From: Minisyncoccota bacterium
GTDB lineage: Bacteria > Patescibacteriota > Minisyncoccia > Phycocordibacterales > XYD1-FULL-46-19
NCBI GenBank assembly: GCA_041663165.1
Contig: JBAZRF010000006.1
Location: 1-53,788, forward strand
Length of the DNA stretch: 53,788 nucleotides
Direction of reading: 5' to 3'
Of the stretch, positions 37,783 to 45,873 are shown piece after piece. The stretch's first letter is position 1. Every line of letters starts with the position of its first letter. Made by a program: the position numbers and the translations under genes. The notes beneath the pieces were generated by a model. It had not been told where the DNA came from and searched no databases. It saw only the letters and a list, made by a program, of their open reading frames with translations.

Positions 37783-38025
37783 TTATCCACAACTTTTTGT
37801 AAAAAAGCATTGTCGATAATTTCTTTTTAGAGGATAATTAAGGGTAAGAGTAACAACGTTGATTAAAGGTCGAATGTTGTTTATCCTCTTTAGTAAGATA
37901 AAAAATAAAAAGTAAAAATTATGGCAGCAAAGAAAAAGGCCAAGAAAGTAGCTAAGAAAGCTAAGGCCAAGAAGAAGAAATAATTTTCTTTTCTCTGAGT
38001 ACACCGGGAAGACCTTGTCTGCCAC
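37783..38025 (-). CDS. Possible small hydrophobic protein (80 aa, GTG start); mutually exclusive with the + strand micro-ORF
   Basis: It is the only long ORF in the 340-bp gap. It has a predicted TM segment ([20 protein letters not shown]) and its stop lies 5 nt from the bidirectional hairpin. However, its Leu/Phe richness is the mirror image of the Lys codons on the + strand. Confidence 0.3.
   Translation of the reverse strand: MADKVFPVYSEKRKLFLLLGLSFLSYFLGLFLCCHNFYFLFFILLKRINNIRPLINVVTLTLNYPLKRNYRQCFFTKSCG
37921..37983 (+). CDS. Possible 20-aa poly-Lys/Ala micro-ORF ([20 protein letters not shown])
   Basis: Runs from ATG to TAA. It is followed 30 nt later by a + strand terminator (38013-38045) and preceded by a 61-nt hairpin (37829-37889). 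Confidence 0.3.
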   Translation: MAAKKKAKKVAKKAKAKKKK

Positions 38026-38045
38026 ACAACAGACAGGGTTTTCTT
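38013..38045 (+). terminator. Rho-independent terminator between the micro-ORF and secA
   Basis: CCTTGTCTG (38013-38021) pairs with CAGACAGGG (38030-38038), followed by TTTTCTT. Confidence 0.6.
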
Positions 38046-38074
38046 ATGCCCAAGATATGCTAATATGTAACGAC

Positions 38075-40582
38075 ATGTCTATTTTGTCGAAAATATTAGG
38101 TGATACCAGTAGCCATTATGTTAAGAAAATCGCCCCGATCATTGTCCAAATAAATGACCAAGAGGCGGGGATTTCAGCCTTATCTGACGAAGCGCTCAAA
38201 GCCAAAACAGAAGAGTTTAAGGTCCGACTAGGTAACGGAGAAACTTTGGATGAGATTTTACCCGAGGCCTTTGCCGTGGTGCGCGAAACCGCTAAGCGCC
38301 TCTTGGGCCAACGCCACTTTGACGTTCAGCTCATTGGTGGTTTGACACTCCATCAGGGCAAAATTGCCGAAATGAAAACAGGCGAAGGAAAAACCCTTGT
38401 GGCCACTCTGCCTGTTTACCTAAACGCTCTAACTGGTAAAGGGGTGCATATTGTGACGGTCAACGATTATCTGGCCCGCCGTGACGCCGTCTGGATGGGA
38501 CAAATCTATGCTTGGCTGGGTTTATCGGTGGGAGTGTTAAATAACCAAGCTTCTTATTTATATGATCCTAACCATCAAGATCTAGATAAGGAGCGAGACA
38601 TTGAAGGTTCGTTTAAGGTGATTCATGAATTTTTGCGGCCCTGTTCTCGATCCGAGGCTTATTTGGCCGATATTCTTTATGGTACTAATAACGAGTATGG
38701 TTTTGATTATCTGCGCGATAATATTGCCTATCGACCGATCGACCAGGTTCAACGGCCCGACCCTCTCTCTCGTCACAACTTTGCGATTGTTGATGAGGTT
38801 GACTCGATTTTAATTGACGAATCGCGCACCCCGCTAATTATTTCAGCGCCAAGTGGCGAGTCCGAGAAATTATATGGCACTTTTGCTCAAATTGCTCGAA
38901 CTCTCACCAAGGAGATAGATTACACCGTTGATGAAAAGTTCAAATCAATTTCTTTGACTGATGAAGGCATAACCCGCGCCGAGAAGACGTTGGGCGTAGA
39001 AAACATTTATACCGATAAGGGGATCAAATATGTTCATCATCTAGAAACGGCGGTCAGAGCTAAGGCGTTATTTGAGCTCGATCGCGATTACGTTGTTCGT
39101 GAAGGCGAAATTGTCATTGTTGATGAGTTTACCGGCCGCCTTCAACCTGGGCGTCGCTGGTCTGAAGGCTTGCACCAGGCGATCGAAGCTAAGGAGGGAG
39201 TTAAGGTTCAAGAAGAGTCTCGAACTTTTGCCACTATTACCCTCCAAAATTATTTTCGACTTTATCAAAAATTAGCGGGCATGACCGGTACGGCTCAAAC
39301 TTCAGCCGAAGAATTTCTTAAGGTTTATGGACTCGAAGTTATCTCGGTTCCGACCAATAAGCCAAACCAAAGGGTTGATCTACCTGACTACATCTTTCAG
39401 AGTGAAAAAGGGAAAATTGCCTCAGTTGTTAAAAAAGTTAAGGAGATTAATCAAACTGGCCAGCCGGTTTTGATTGGCACTTCGTCAATTGAGAAAAACG
39501 AGTTGTTATCAGCCTATTTTAAAAAAGAGGGGATTGAACACAAAATTTTAAATGCTAAAAATCACGAAGAGGAAGGCAGCGTCATTGCTGGTGCTGGCCG
39601 AAAAGCCAGCGTGGTTATCGCCACCAATATGGCCGGTCGCGGCGTTGATATTAAATTGGGTGGCCCAACGCCAACAACCGAAGAACAAGATGAAGTAAGA
39701 AACTTGGGCGGGCTTTTTGTCTTGGGGACCGAACGTCATGATGCTCGCCGAATTGACGATCAGTTACGTGGACGGTCTGGTCGCCAAGGCGATCATGGAA
39801 CAACCCAGTTTTACGTGTCACTTGAAGATGATTTGATGAGAGTTTTTGGTTCAGAACGGGTAAAAGGAATGATGGGTCGTTTCGGTATTCCGGAAGATGA
39901 GCCAATCCAAAATAGTTTCGTGTCAAAAACGCTCGAGGGGGCGCAAGGAAAAATTGAGGGTTTCAATTTTGATATGCGTAAGCATTTACTTGAGTATGAT
40001 GACGTGGTGAGCCATCAACGGCAGACAATATATGACCGGCGTAATAAAATTCTTTTGGGCGGCAAGGAAGAAATCGATGAATTTATAACCAAGGCCCTGG
40101 AAGCCTTGCCCGTAACCCCTGAAGATAAAGATCAATTATTGCAAGGAGTAACCCAGAAGAGACAAGAATTGGGCGAAGAAAAATTTACCTCTCAAGCTCG
40201 TCAGACAATTCTTCAGGTCATTGACATGTATTGGGTAGAGCATCTTGAAGCCATTGATTACATGCGGGGGAGCGTGCGCTTGCGCGCCTATGGTCAACGC
40301 GACCCACTGGTAGAATTTAAGAAAGAGGGACTGTCTTTGTTTAAGGATATGGAATTGGCGATTTTTGGCAACGTCTTAGAGTTGCTGGCTAAAATTGAAG
40401 GCGAAATCAAAACTGAAGAAATTAAAATTAAGGAAGTTCATGATCAGGCCGAATTGATTCTTAACTCAAGCTCAGCCCAAGCGAGTTCAACTCCGGCCAA
40501 ATCAAATGAGCCCAAAGTTGGCCGTAATGATCCCTGTCCGTGCGGGAGTGGTTTGAAGTACAAAAAGTGCCATGGGAAATAA
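38075..40582 (+). CDS. secA: Preprotein translocase ATPase SecA
   Basis: The start was moved to ATG 38075 (MSILSKILG), downstream of the terminator. Contains the Walker A motif [10 protein letters not shown], the [10 protein letters not shown] box and the C-terminal zinc motif [14 protein letters not shown]. Confidence 0.93.
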   Translation: MSILSKILGDTSSHYVKKIAPIIVQINDQEAGISALSDEALKAKTEEFKVRLGNGETLDEILPEAFAVVRETAKRLLGQRHFDVQLIGGLTLHQGKIAEMKTGEGKTLVATLPVYLNALTGKGVHIVTVNDYLARRDAVWMGQIYAWLGLSVGVLNNQASYLYDPNHQDLDKERDIEGSFKVIHEFLRPCSRSEAYLADILYGTNNEYGFDYLRDNIAYRPIDQVQRPDPLSRHNFAIVDEVDSILIDESRTPLIISAPSGESEKLYGTFAQIARTLTKEIDYTVDEKFKSISLTDEGITRAEKTLGVENIYTDKGIKYVHHLETAVRAKALFELDRDYVVREGEIVIVDEFTGRLQPGRRWSEGLHQAIEAKEGVKVQEESRTFATITLQNYFRLYQKLAGMTGTAQTSAEEFLKVYGLEVISVPTNKPNQRVDLPDYIFQSEKGKIASVVKKVKEINQTGQPVLIGTSSIEKNELLSAYFKKEGIEHKILNAKNHEEEGSVIAGAGRKASVVIATNMAGRGVDIKLGGPTPTTEEQDEVRNLGGLFVLGTERHDARRIDDQLRGRSGRQGDHGTTQFYVSLEDDLMRVFGSERVKGMMGRFGIPEDEPIQNSFVSKTLEGAQGKIEGFNFDMRKHLLEYDDVVSHQRQTIYDRRNKILLGGKEEIDEFITKALEALPVTPEDKDQLLQGVTQKRQELGEEKFTSQARQTILQVIDMYWVEHLEAIDYMRGSVRLRAYGQRDPLVEFKKEGLSLFKDMELAIFGNVLELLAKIEGEIKTEEIKIKEVHDQAELILNSSSAQASSTPAKSNEPKVGRNDPCPCGSGLKYKKCHGK

Positions 40583-41054
40583 GATTAAAGCTATTTTTTT
40601 TGATTGGGGGCGAACATTGCATGACCCGGAGACAGACACCCTGTTCCCGGGTGTCTTTGAATTGATAAGGGAACTCTCGAAGGACTATCTTCTGGTTTTG
40701 ATTTCGCTCGCGGTAACCGCCTCTTCAGAAAAGCGGCGGGAGAGTATTGAGGAGAGCGGAATCGCCAAATATTTTAAGTTGATTTTGGTAAACGAAGAGA
40801 ATAAGGACGAAATGTACGAACGAGCCCTAGCCGAACTCGGTGTCAAGCCAGAGGAGGTCGCGGTAGTGGACGACCAAGTTTGTCGGGGGATTAGGTGGGG
40901 CAATAGTCGGGGAGCAATGACCATTTGGCTAAAAAGGGGTAAATTTGCCGACGAGTTACCAACCAAAGAAACAGGTGATCCTGCCCAAGTAATTGGTGAT
41001 ATTAGGGAATTAAGTCCTATATTCATAAATAGGGCCTGTTTAAAGGACAGTTAA
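40572..41054 (+). CDS. HAD-superfamily hydrolase-like protein (short, 160 aa)
   Basis: Motif I-like is IFFDWGRTL. Motif III/IV-like is VAVVDDQ. Overlaps the secA stop by 11 nt. Confidence 0.6.
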   Translation: MGNKIKAIFFDWGRTLHDPETDTLFPGVFELIRELSKDYLLVLISLAVTASSEKRRESIEESGIAKYFKLILVNEENKDEMYERALAELGVKPEEVAVVDDQVCRGIRWGNSRGAMTIWLKRGKFADELPTKETGDPAQVIGDIRELSPIFINRACLKDS

Positions 41055-41092
41055 AGGACAAGCCTTGGATGAGAGCTTGTCCTTTAACTTTT
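41051..41092 (+). terminator. Rho-independent terminator after secA-HAD
   Basis: TTAAAGGACAAGC (41051-41063) pairs with GCTTGTCCTTTAA (41075-41087), followed by CTTTT. Confidence 0.7.
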
Positions 41093-41147
41093 ACCAGGTC
41101 TGAAATAATTTCATCCTAGCCACGGCTAAAGTCGTCTGGAGATGAAC

Positions 41148-41175
41148 TTGACAATAACCCTTGCTTTTTTAGAAG
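41148..41175 (+). promoter_or_regulatory. Candidate promoter of the repeat-protein gene
   Basis: TTGACA (41148-41153), a 16-nt spacer, then TAGAAG (41170-41175). The -10 element is weak. Confidence 0.35.
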
Positions 41176-41284
41176 GTTCTGCTAGTAATTAAACCAGCAT
41201 TTGATCCTCGTAGTGATCAGATCTTTGGAAAACTTGATACGCTCTTTTTCGGATTATTTTATCTGTTATCTGAAATAGGGCAAT

Positions 41285-43657
41285 ATGTTTTCTTCTCTCG
41301 CCAAATTAGGCAAACAACTCATCGTCCTCGCTCTTGTTGCGGGGGTTTTGATGATGCCAGTCTTGCCTTTGGTTGCAGAAGAGATAACCAATGCCCCCGA
41401 TGTTTCTTCCCCTGTTGTTTCAAGTGTCTCAGATACTCTCACTTCATTACCGGCAATTGAGGCTCCCGCTGAATCAGTCTCGTCAGTAATTACTCCCGAC
41501 CCGATTCCTGGTGCCGAGGCGATAATCATCGATGCGTCTACTACTCCAATCTCGACACCGACGATTGATTTGCCTGCCTCTAGCACTCCAGTAGTAAGTG
41601 AAGATACTATCGAGATTCAAACAACACCAACTCCCTCCCCGGTGGTAATAGACCCAGTTATGGCGGATGTAGCGGAAAACAGTTTTACCACCTTAAACGA
41701 TGGAGCTAACCCTCTTCCTATTTTGCCCGCAACCGATATCGTTGGTAGCGAAGAAAATGATTTTCAAACTCTAATAACGACGCCAACTGAGATACCAGAC
41801 AATTTAGCCATTAGTGACGAGAATCCTTTTGGCGAGATTATCAATACGGACAATCTAGCGATTAGCGATGAGGGGAACATAGAAACAACGAGTTCGGGAA
41901 CAGACAACCCGTGGGCTCTGAGCGACGAAAATTCATTCGTTACTCTCTCTGAGTCGGTCGACACGGTAGCACTTAGCAACGAACGGTCTTTTAATACGAT
42001 ATCCGTTCCCACTGATACCTTGGCGATTAGTAGCGAAAATTCTTTTGTTACTGAAGAGCCGATGATTAGTGCCCCAACGATTAGTGGTGAACACAGCTTT
42101 GTCACCGCCTCAACTCCGGTTGATACCCTAACGGTTAGCTCGGAGCGAAGTTTTAATACCTTAAGCGTCCCGATCGATGTTCTTGCTATTAGTGCCGAAC
42201 GAAGCTTTACAACTTTGACGGTACCGATCGACAATCTCGCTATCAGTGGTGAAAACAATTTTATAACGGCAACGGTTCCTATTGATACCTCAGCCATCAG
42301 TGCTGAGCACAATTTTACGACGCTTCCCGGTGGGCCAATTACTGAACCGGCAATCAGCGCTGAACACAGTTTTACAACGATGACTGTTGTCATTGATAAT
42401 CTCGCCATCAGCGGAGAAAACTCATTTACGACCAGGGCTGTTCCTGTTGATACTCTGGCAATTAGTCCTGAACAAAGCTTCACCACTGCAGCGATCGTTG
42501 TCGACAAACTTGCAATCAGCGGAGAAAACTCATTTACGACCAGCACGGTTCCTATCGATACCTTGGCGGTGAGCGAGGAAAATTCATTTACAACAAGGAA
42601 TTCTGAAATTGATACGCTCGCTGTAAGCGATGAAGTAGCCTTTAATACCCTTAACAACCCAATTGATAAATTAGCGGTTAGCGATGAGGGGTCATTTACC
42701 ACCACTGGAACACCAACAGACAATTTAGCCATTAGCGATGAAAATTCGTTTGTTACTTTGTCTGGTGGCGGCGGGGGTGGTGGCGGAGGCGGAAGCAGTC
42801 GCGTTCCTGTTGCCGGTATCGTTTTGGGCGAGCAAACTTATCGTTGCCCAATTTACTTAACGAAGTTTATTAAACTTGGCCAACCTAACAATCGTCGTGA
42901 AGTAATTAAGTTACAGGCTTTCTTAAAAGTTTTTGAAGGATTTAATAATCTTAAATTAACTGGTGTTTATGACCAGGCTACTTACCGAGCGGTCAAAATC
43001 TTTCAGACCCGTTACTTTAAAGATATTCTTGGCCCATGGCAACTCGGCCACGAGCCTACCGGTTATGTTTATATCACCACTCGCCAAGCGATCAACAATA
43101 TCTATTGTGGTCGGGATACCGAGGATAACTTACGTCTCCATAATCAATTAGCCTATGAGTACAATTTGGCGACGGGTGAAAATCTAGAAACACCGACCGG
43201 GGGAGCCGAAGGCGGTTACTTTATCGTCCCAACGACGACGCCGACGTCTACTCCAACCATAACGGTTTCGATTATAAGACCAAATATCTTTTTGGCCGGA
43301 GTTGGGGAGTTACTGGACTTTATTAGAGACAATTTCTGTTGGCTGTTGAATCTGCTTCTACTTCTTTTGATTTTCTTTTTGCTCTGGCTGCTTTGGTTAA
43401 CGGGTCGCGATGATGGTAATGATAATGATTCTCAAGCCAGTGACTTAGACACCCCTGTTCCTTTGCCTCCTGGTGCTATCCCGATTGAGGAAATCGTTGA
43501 TCAAGAGGATGAAGAAGAATTGGCTAAATTAGCCGAGGAGGACGAAGCTAAACTCGAAATACTCGATAATAACCCTTGGCAGGAGGCCATTGTGCTTGGG
43601 CCAGAGACTTCTTTTGCTGAAGAAGTTACTTTCCCGCCGGACGAAAAAGAATTTTAA
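41285..43657 (+). CDS. Membrane-anchored surface protein with ~20 tandem 18-aa repeats, a PG-binding-like domain and a C-terminal TM helix
   Basis: Signal peptide MFSSLAKLGKQLIVLALVAGVLMMPVLPLVAEE. Repeats of the type VPIDNLAISGENNFITAT. A Gly10 run. PG_binding_1-like LQAFLKVFEGFNNLKLTGVYDQATYRAVKIFQ. TM helix FCWLLNLLLLLLIFFLLWLLWL. Acidic tail. Confidence 0.85.
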   Translation: MFSSLAKLGKQLIVLALVAGVLMMPVLPLVAEEITNAPDVSSPVVSSVSDTLTSLPAIEAPAESVSSVITPDPIPGAEAIIIDASTTPISTPTIDLPASSTPVVSEDTIEIQTTPTPSPVVIDPVMADVAENSFTTLNDGANPLPILPATDIVGSEENDFQTLITTPTEIPDNLAISDENPFGEIINTDNLAISDEGNIETTSSGTDNPWALSDENSFVTLSESVDTVALSNERSFNTISVPTDTLAISSENSFVTEEPMISAPTISGEHSFVTASTPVDTLTVSSERSFNTLSVPIDVLAISAERSFTTLTVPIDNLAISGENNFITATVPIDTSAISAEHNFTTLPGGPITEPAISAEHSFTTMTVVIDNLAISGENSFTTRAVPVDTLAISPEQSFTTAAIVVDKLAISGENSFTTSTVPIDTLAVSEENSFTTRNSEIDTLAVSDEVAFNTLNNPIDKLAVSDEGSFTTTGTPTDNLAISDENSFVTLSGGGGGGGGGGSSRVPVAGIVLGEQTYRCPIYLTKFIKLGQPNNRREVIKLQAFLKVFEGFNNLKLTGVYDQATYRAVKIFQTRYFKDILGPWQLGHEPTGYVYITTRQAINNIYCGRDTEDNLRLHNQLAYEYNLATGENLETPTGGAEGGYFIVPTTTPTSTPTITVSIIRPNIFLAGVGELLDFIRDNFCWLLNLLLLLLIFFLLWLLWLTGRDDGNDNDSQASDLDTPVPLPPGAIPIEEIVDQEDEEELAKLAEEDEAKLEILDNNPWQEAIVLGPETSFAEEVTFPPDEKEF
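41790..42762 (+). repeat. In-frame 54-nt tandem repeat array (about 18-20 units)
   Basis: The motif LA[IV]S-x-E-x-SF-x-T recurs every 18 codons. The first and last units share GACAATTTAGCCATTAG. A 29-nt exact repeat occurs at 42407 and 42515. Confidence 0.9.
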
Positions 43658-43711
43658 AAAATCTCATCATTTTTTTCTAAAACAAGGGCCAATTTTGGTT
43701 AGCTTTTGGCA

Positions 43712-43741
43712 TTGACAAATCGTCTAAAACTGGTTAGGAAT
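43712..43741 (+). promoter_or_regulatory. Candidate promoter TTGACA-17-TAGGAAT
   Basis: TTGACA (43712-43717), a 17-nt spacer, then TAGGAAT (43735-43741). The same motif recurs at 45775-45805. Confidence 0.45.
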
Positions 43742-43887
43742 GGGGGCGGAAAGATCACTGTCTGAACACTGGCTTGCCTTATAGCTTGCCGGTATGAGAT
43801 GGTTTTGAATAGATTAAGTTTAGTGTAGTTAGTGTCGACGAAGTCTCAAACATCCCTGCTTGAGTGCGGGGGAGAAAGAGGTGCTCC

Positions 43888-45711
43888 ATGAAGACGGGTT
43901 CTCGCGCGTTTGTGTTAGTAGTCTCGTTGTTGGCTGTGACTGTGCTGCTGGGAGGGTGCCCGTTACCGATATCGGTGAGCGGGACACTCTATGACGCCGC
44001 TGGCGGGATCGCTCGCGACGGCCAGGTCCAGAATGGTGACCGGATCGTAGCCCCGGGCGGTGGACGACTGACAGCTATCGGGGTAAAGCGGGACGACGTT
44101 CTCATCACTCCGATTGTCGACAGCGCCAAGGGCATAACGGCCCAAACCGGCTACATCGTAGCTGGGGTGGTATCGATCGCCGTCGTCACCGGGGCGACAG
44201 TCGCCATCGTTGACGGCTGTGAACCGCCGGAACCGGTGGTGATTGACATTCCGCCCCTGACCGACGACCTGTTGGTCAATGTTGGCGGAGTCGTCACCTT
44301 CACCCTGCTTCGTGGTTCTACTGGCGAAGGTGAGGGCGAAGGCGAGTGTGAGCTTGACGCGAAGATCGTTGCCAAAGTTGGCGACGAGACTCTCAAGTCC
44401 GGTGACGAAGTCGCCGAGGGTGAGAGCGTGAGCTTCTCGACGGTTGTCACCGGAGGTGGTGGAAACCTGACTTACCTCTGGGACTTCGGCGAGGGCGATC
44501 TTGATCACCGGCCGTCGTTCACCTCGTCTTTCAATGGCCCAGGCAACGTCGACGTGACCTTGATGGTATCGGACGGTGGTTGTCAAAATCTCGATAGCCT
44601 CTCCTTTGTCGTCGTGTCTGCGGGAGAAGGTGAAGGTGAGGGTGAAGGAGAAGGGGAAGGCGAAGGCGAGGGAGAGGGCGAGGGTGAAGGAGAGCTAATG
44701 GGCTCAATAACCGTCCACCTGCTCCCAAGCGCGGCAGTCAGTGCCGGCGCACGCTGGCAGGTTGATTACGGTCCCTTGCAGGCCAGTGGAGCGACGGTTT
44801 CCGATCTCGCACCAGGGGAGCACTATCTCGCCTTTGCGGAGGTGAGCGGTTTCGTTGCTCCTATACCGATGACGGCAACGATTGCTGCCGGTCAGACCCT
44901 GGTTCTGTCTGCGACATACAGTGTCGCTACTGTCGAGGTTCCCAATCTCGCCGGAAAGAATCAGGCAGAAGCCGGCGTGGCCTTGGCCAGGGTTGGTCTA
45001 GCGATTGGTGAGGTGACGACCGAGGCGAGTTCAACGGTTGATATAAACACCATCATCCGTTGGTCGCCACACGGCAAGGTCCCAATCGGTTCGTCGGTTA
45101 ACATTGTTATCTCGACTGGTCCGGGGACGTCGACGGTTCCCAACTTGATCGGGCTGTCTCAAGCAGACGCTGAGTCTGCGATCAACGACACCTGTCTCAC
45201 GTTGGGGACGATCACTACCGCAACCAGTGCAACGGTTCCAGCGGGCCACGTCATCAGTACGACGCCGCCAGCCGGGACAACTGCTCCTTGTGAGTCAGCG
45301 ATTTGTCTCGAGGTGTCGACGGGGCCAACGCCCCAACCGATGTCGGTCAAGATCACCGACCCGTTGCCCGGTCAGGTGTACTACGTCGGGGACAAAGTAC
45401 CCGTCAGCGTTCTGCCTGATGGGGATCCGTCTCTGGGTGCCTACCGGCTTCGTATAGGAGCGGCTGGCAAGAAGGACATGGAGAAGATCGCGAAGGGTTT
45501 GATTTCGATCAAGGACCTTCTCGACGCCAAGGTTCTGCCATCGGCAACGTTCGAGAACGTGGTAATGGGGCAACTATATACCACGAAATTCGAGCTCAAC
45601 TTGATGGGCGAGGCGTTCTTTCTTGCCTATCTGGAGTTGACACCCGACGACGGAGGGGAGTTGACGTACGTGACTGACCAGGTCCCGTACGTCGTCAACC
45701 CCAAGAAGTAA
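43888..45711 (+). CDS. G+C-rich lipoprotein with a PKD domain, two (Gly-Glu)n linkers and two PASTA domains (607 aa)
   Basis: GGAGAAAGAGG lies upstream of ATG 43888. Lipobox MKTGSRAFVLVVSLLAVTVLLGGC. PKD-like LTYLWDFGEGDLDHRPSFTSSFNGPGNVDVTLMVSDGG. PASTA-like VPNLAGKNQAEAGVALARVGL...NIVISTGP and VPNLIGLSQADAESAINDTCL...CLEVSTGP. Codons are GC3-rich. Confidence 0.85.
   Translation: MKTGSRAFVLVVSLLAVTVLLGGCPLPISVSGTLYDAAGGIARDGQVQNGDRIVAPGGGRLTAIGVKRDDVLITPIVDSAKGITAQTGYIVAGVVSIAVVTGATVAIVDGCEPPEPVVIDIPPLTDDLLVNVGGVVTFTLLRGSTGEGEGEGECELDAKIVAKVGDETLKSGDEVAEGESVSFSTVVTGGGGNLTYLWDFGEGDLDHRPSFTSSFNGPGNVDVTLMVSDGGCQNLDSLSFVVVSAGEGEGEGEGEGEGEGEGEGEGEGELMGSITVHLLPSAAVSAGARWQVDYGPLQASGATVSDLAPGEHYLAFAEVSGFVAPIPMTATIAAGQTLVLSATYSVATVEVPNLAGKNQAEAGVALARVGLAIGEVTTEASSTVDINTIIRWSPHGKVPIGSSVNIVISTGPGTSTVPNLIGLSQADAESAINDTCLTLGTITTATSATVPAGHVISTTPPAGTTAPCESAICLEVSTGPTPQPMSVKITDPLPGQVYYVGDKVPVSVLPDGDPSLGAYRLRIGAAGKKDMEKIAKGLISIKDLLDAKVLPSATFENVVMGQLYTTKFELNLMGEAFFLAYLELTPDDGGELTYVTDQVPYVVNPKK
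44623..44694 (+). repeat. (GGN-GAR)12 hexanucleotide repeat encoding (Gly-Glu)12
   Basis: Twelve consecutive Gly-Glu codon pairs were read directly. A shorter GEGEGEGECE tract lies at 44323-44352. Confidence 0.9.
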
Positions 45712-45732
45712 TTGTTGTTCCCATTTGTGTTC

Positions 45733-45772
45733 ATGGCCGAGGAGTGCTTGCACTCCTCGGCCATTGTTTTTT
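45733..45772 (+). terminator. Rho-independent terminator
   Basis: ATGGCCGAGGAGTGC pairs perfectly with GCACTCCTCGGCCAT, followed by TGTTTTTT. Confidence 0.85.
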
Positions 45773-45774
45773 GG

Positions 45775-45805
45775 TTGACAAAAGAGTCTTCCCTATGCTA
45801 GGAAT
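45775..45805 (+). promoter_or_regulatory. Candidate promoter TTGACA-18-TAGGAAT
   Basis: TTGACA (45775-45780), an 18-nt spacer, then TAGGAAT (45799-45805) followed by AGGG, paralleling 43712-43745. Confidence 0.45.
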
Positions 45806-45873
45806 AGGGCATCAAAAGATCGATTTATAAAGCATTATTAGTGGCTTTTTAAGCCATAATTATTAAGTAAAAT

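Noticed and set aside
41764-42732. 322-aa - strand ORF through the repeat array
   Set aside because: It is a mirror image of the periodic + strand repeats. The + frame has a signal peptide, recognisable domains and a TM anchor, and the - frame has none.
41790-42762. Regularly spaced ~54-nt repeats that could suggest a CRISPR array
   Set aside because: There are no unique spacers between conserved repeats. The whole array is one open reading frame with an amino-acid-level consensus, and no cas genes are present.
43963-45573. Multiple long antisense and alternative-frame ORFs (e.g. 43963..44586, 44151..44450, 45295..45573)
   Set aside because: Long stop-free frames are expected in G+C-rich DNA. 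Only the + frame from 43888 has a lipobox and recognisable PKD and PASTA modules.
41285-45711. Diversity-generating retroelement targeting the repeat/PKD proteins
   Set aside because: No reverse transcriptase ORF and no template/variable repeat pair with adenine-specific differences is visible in the window.
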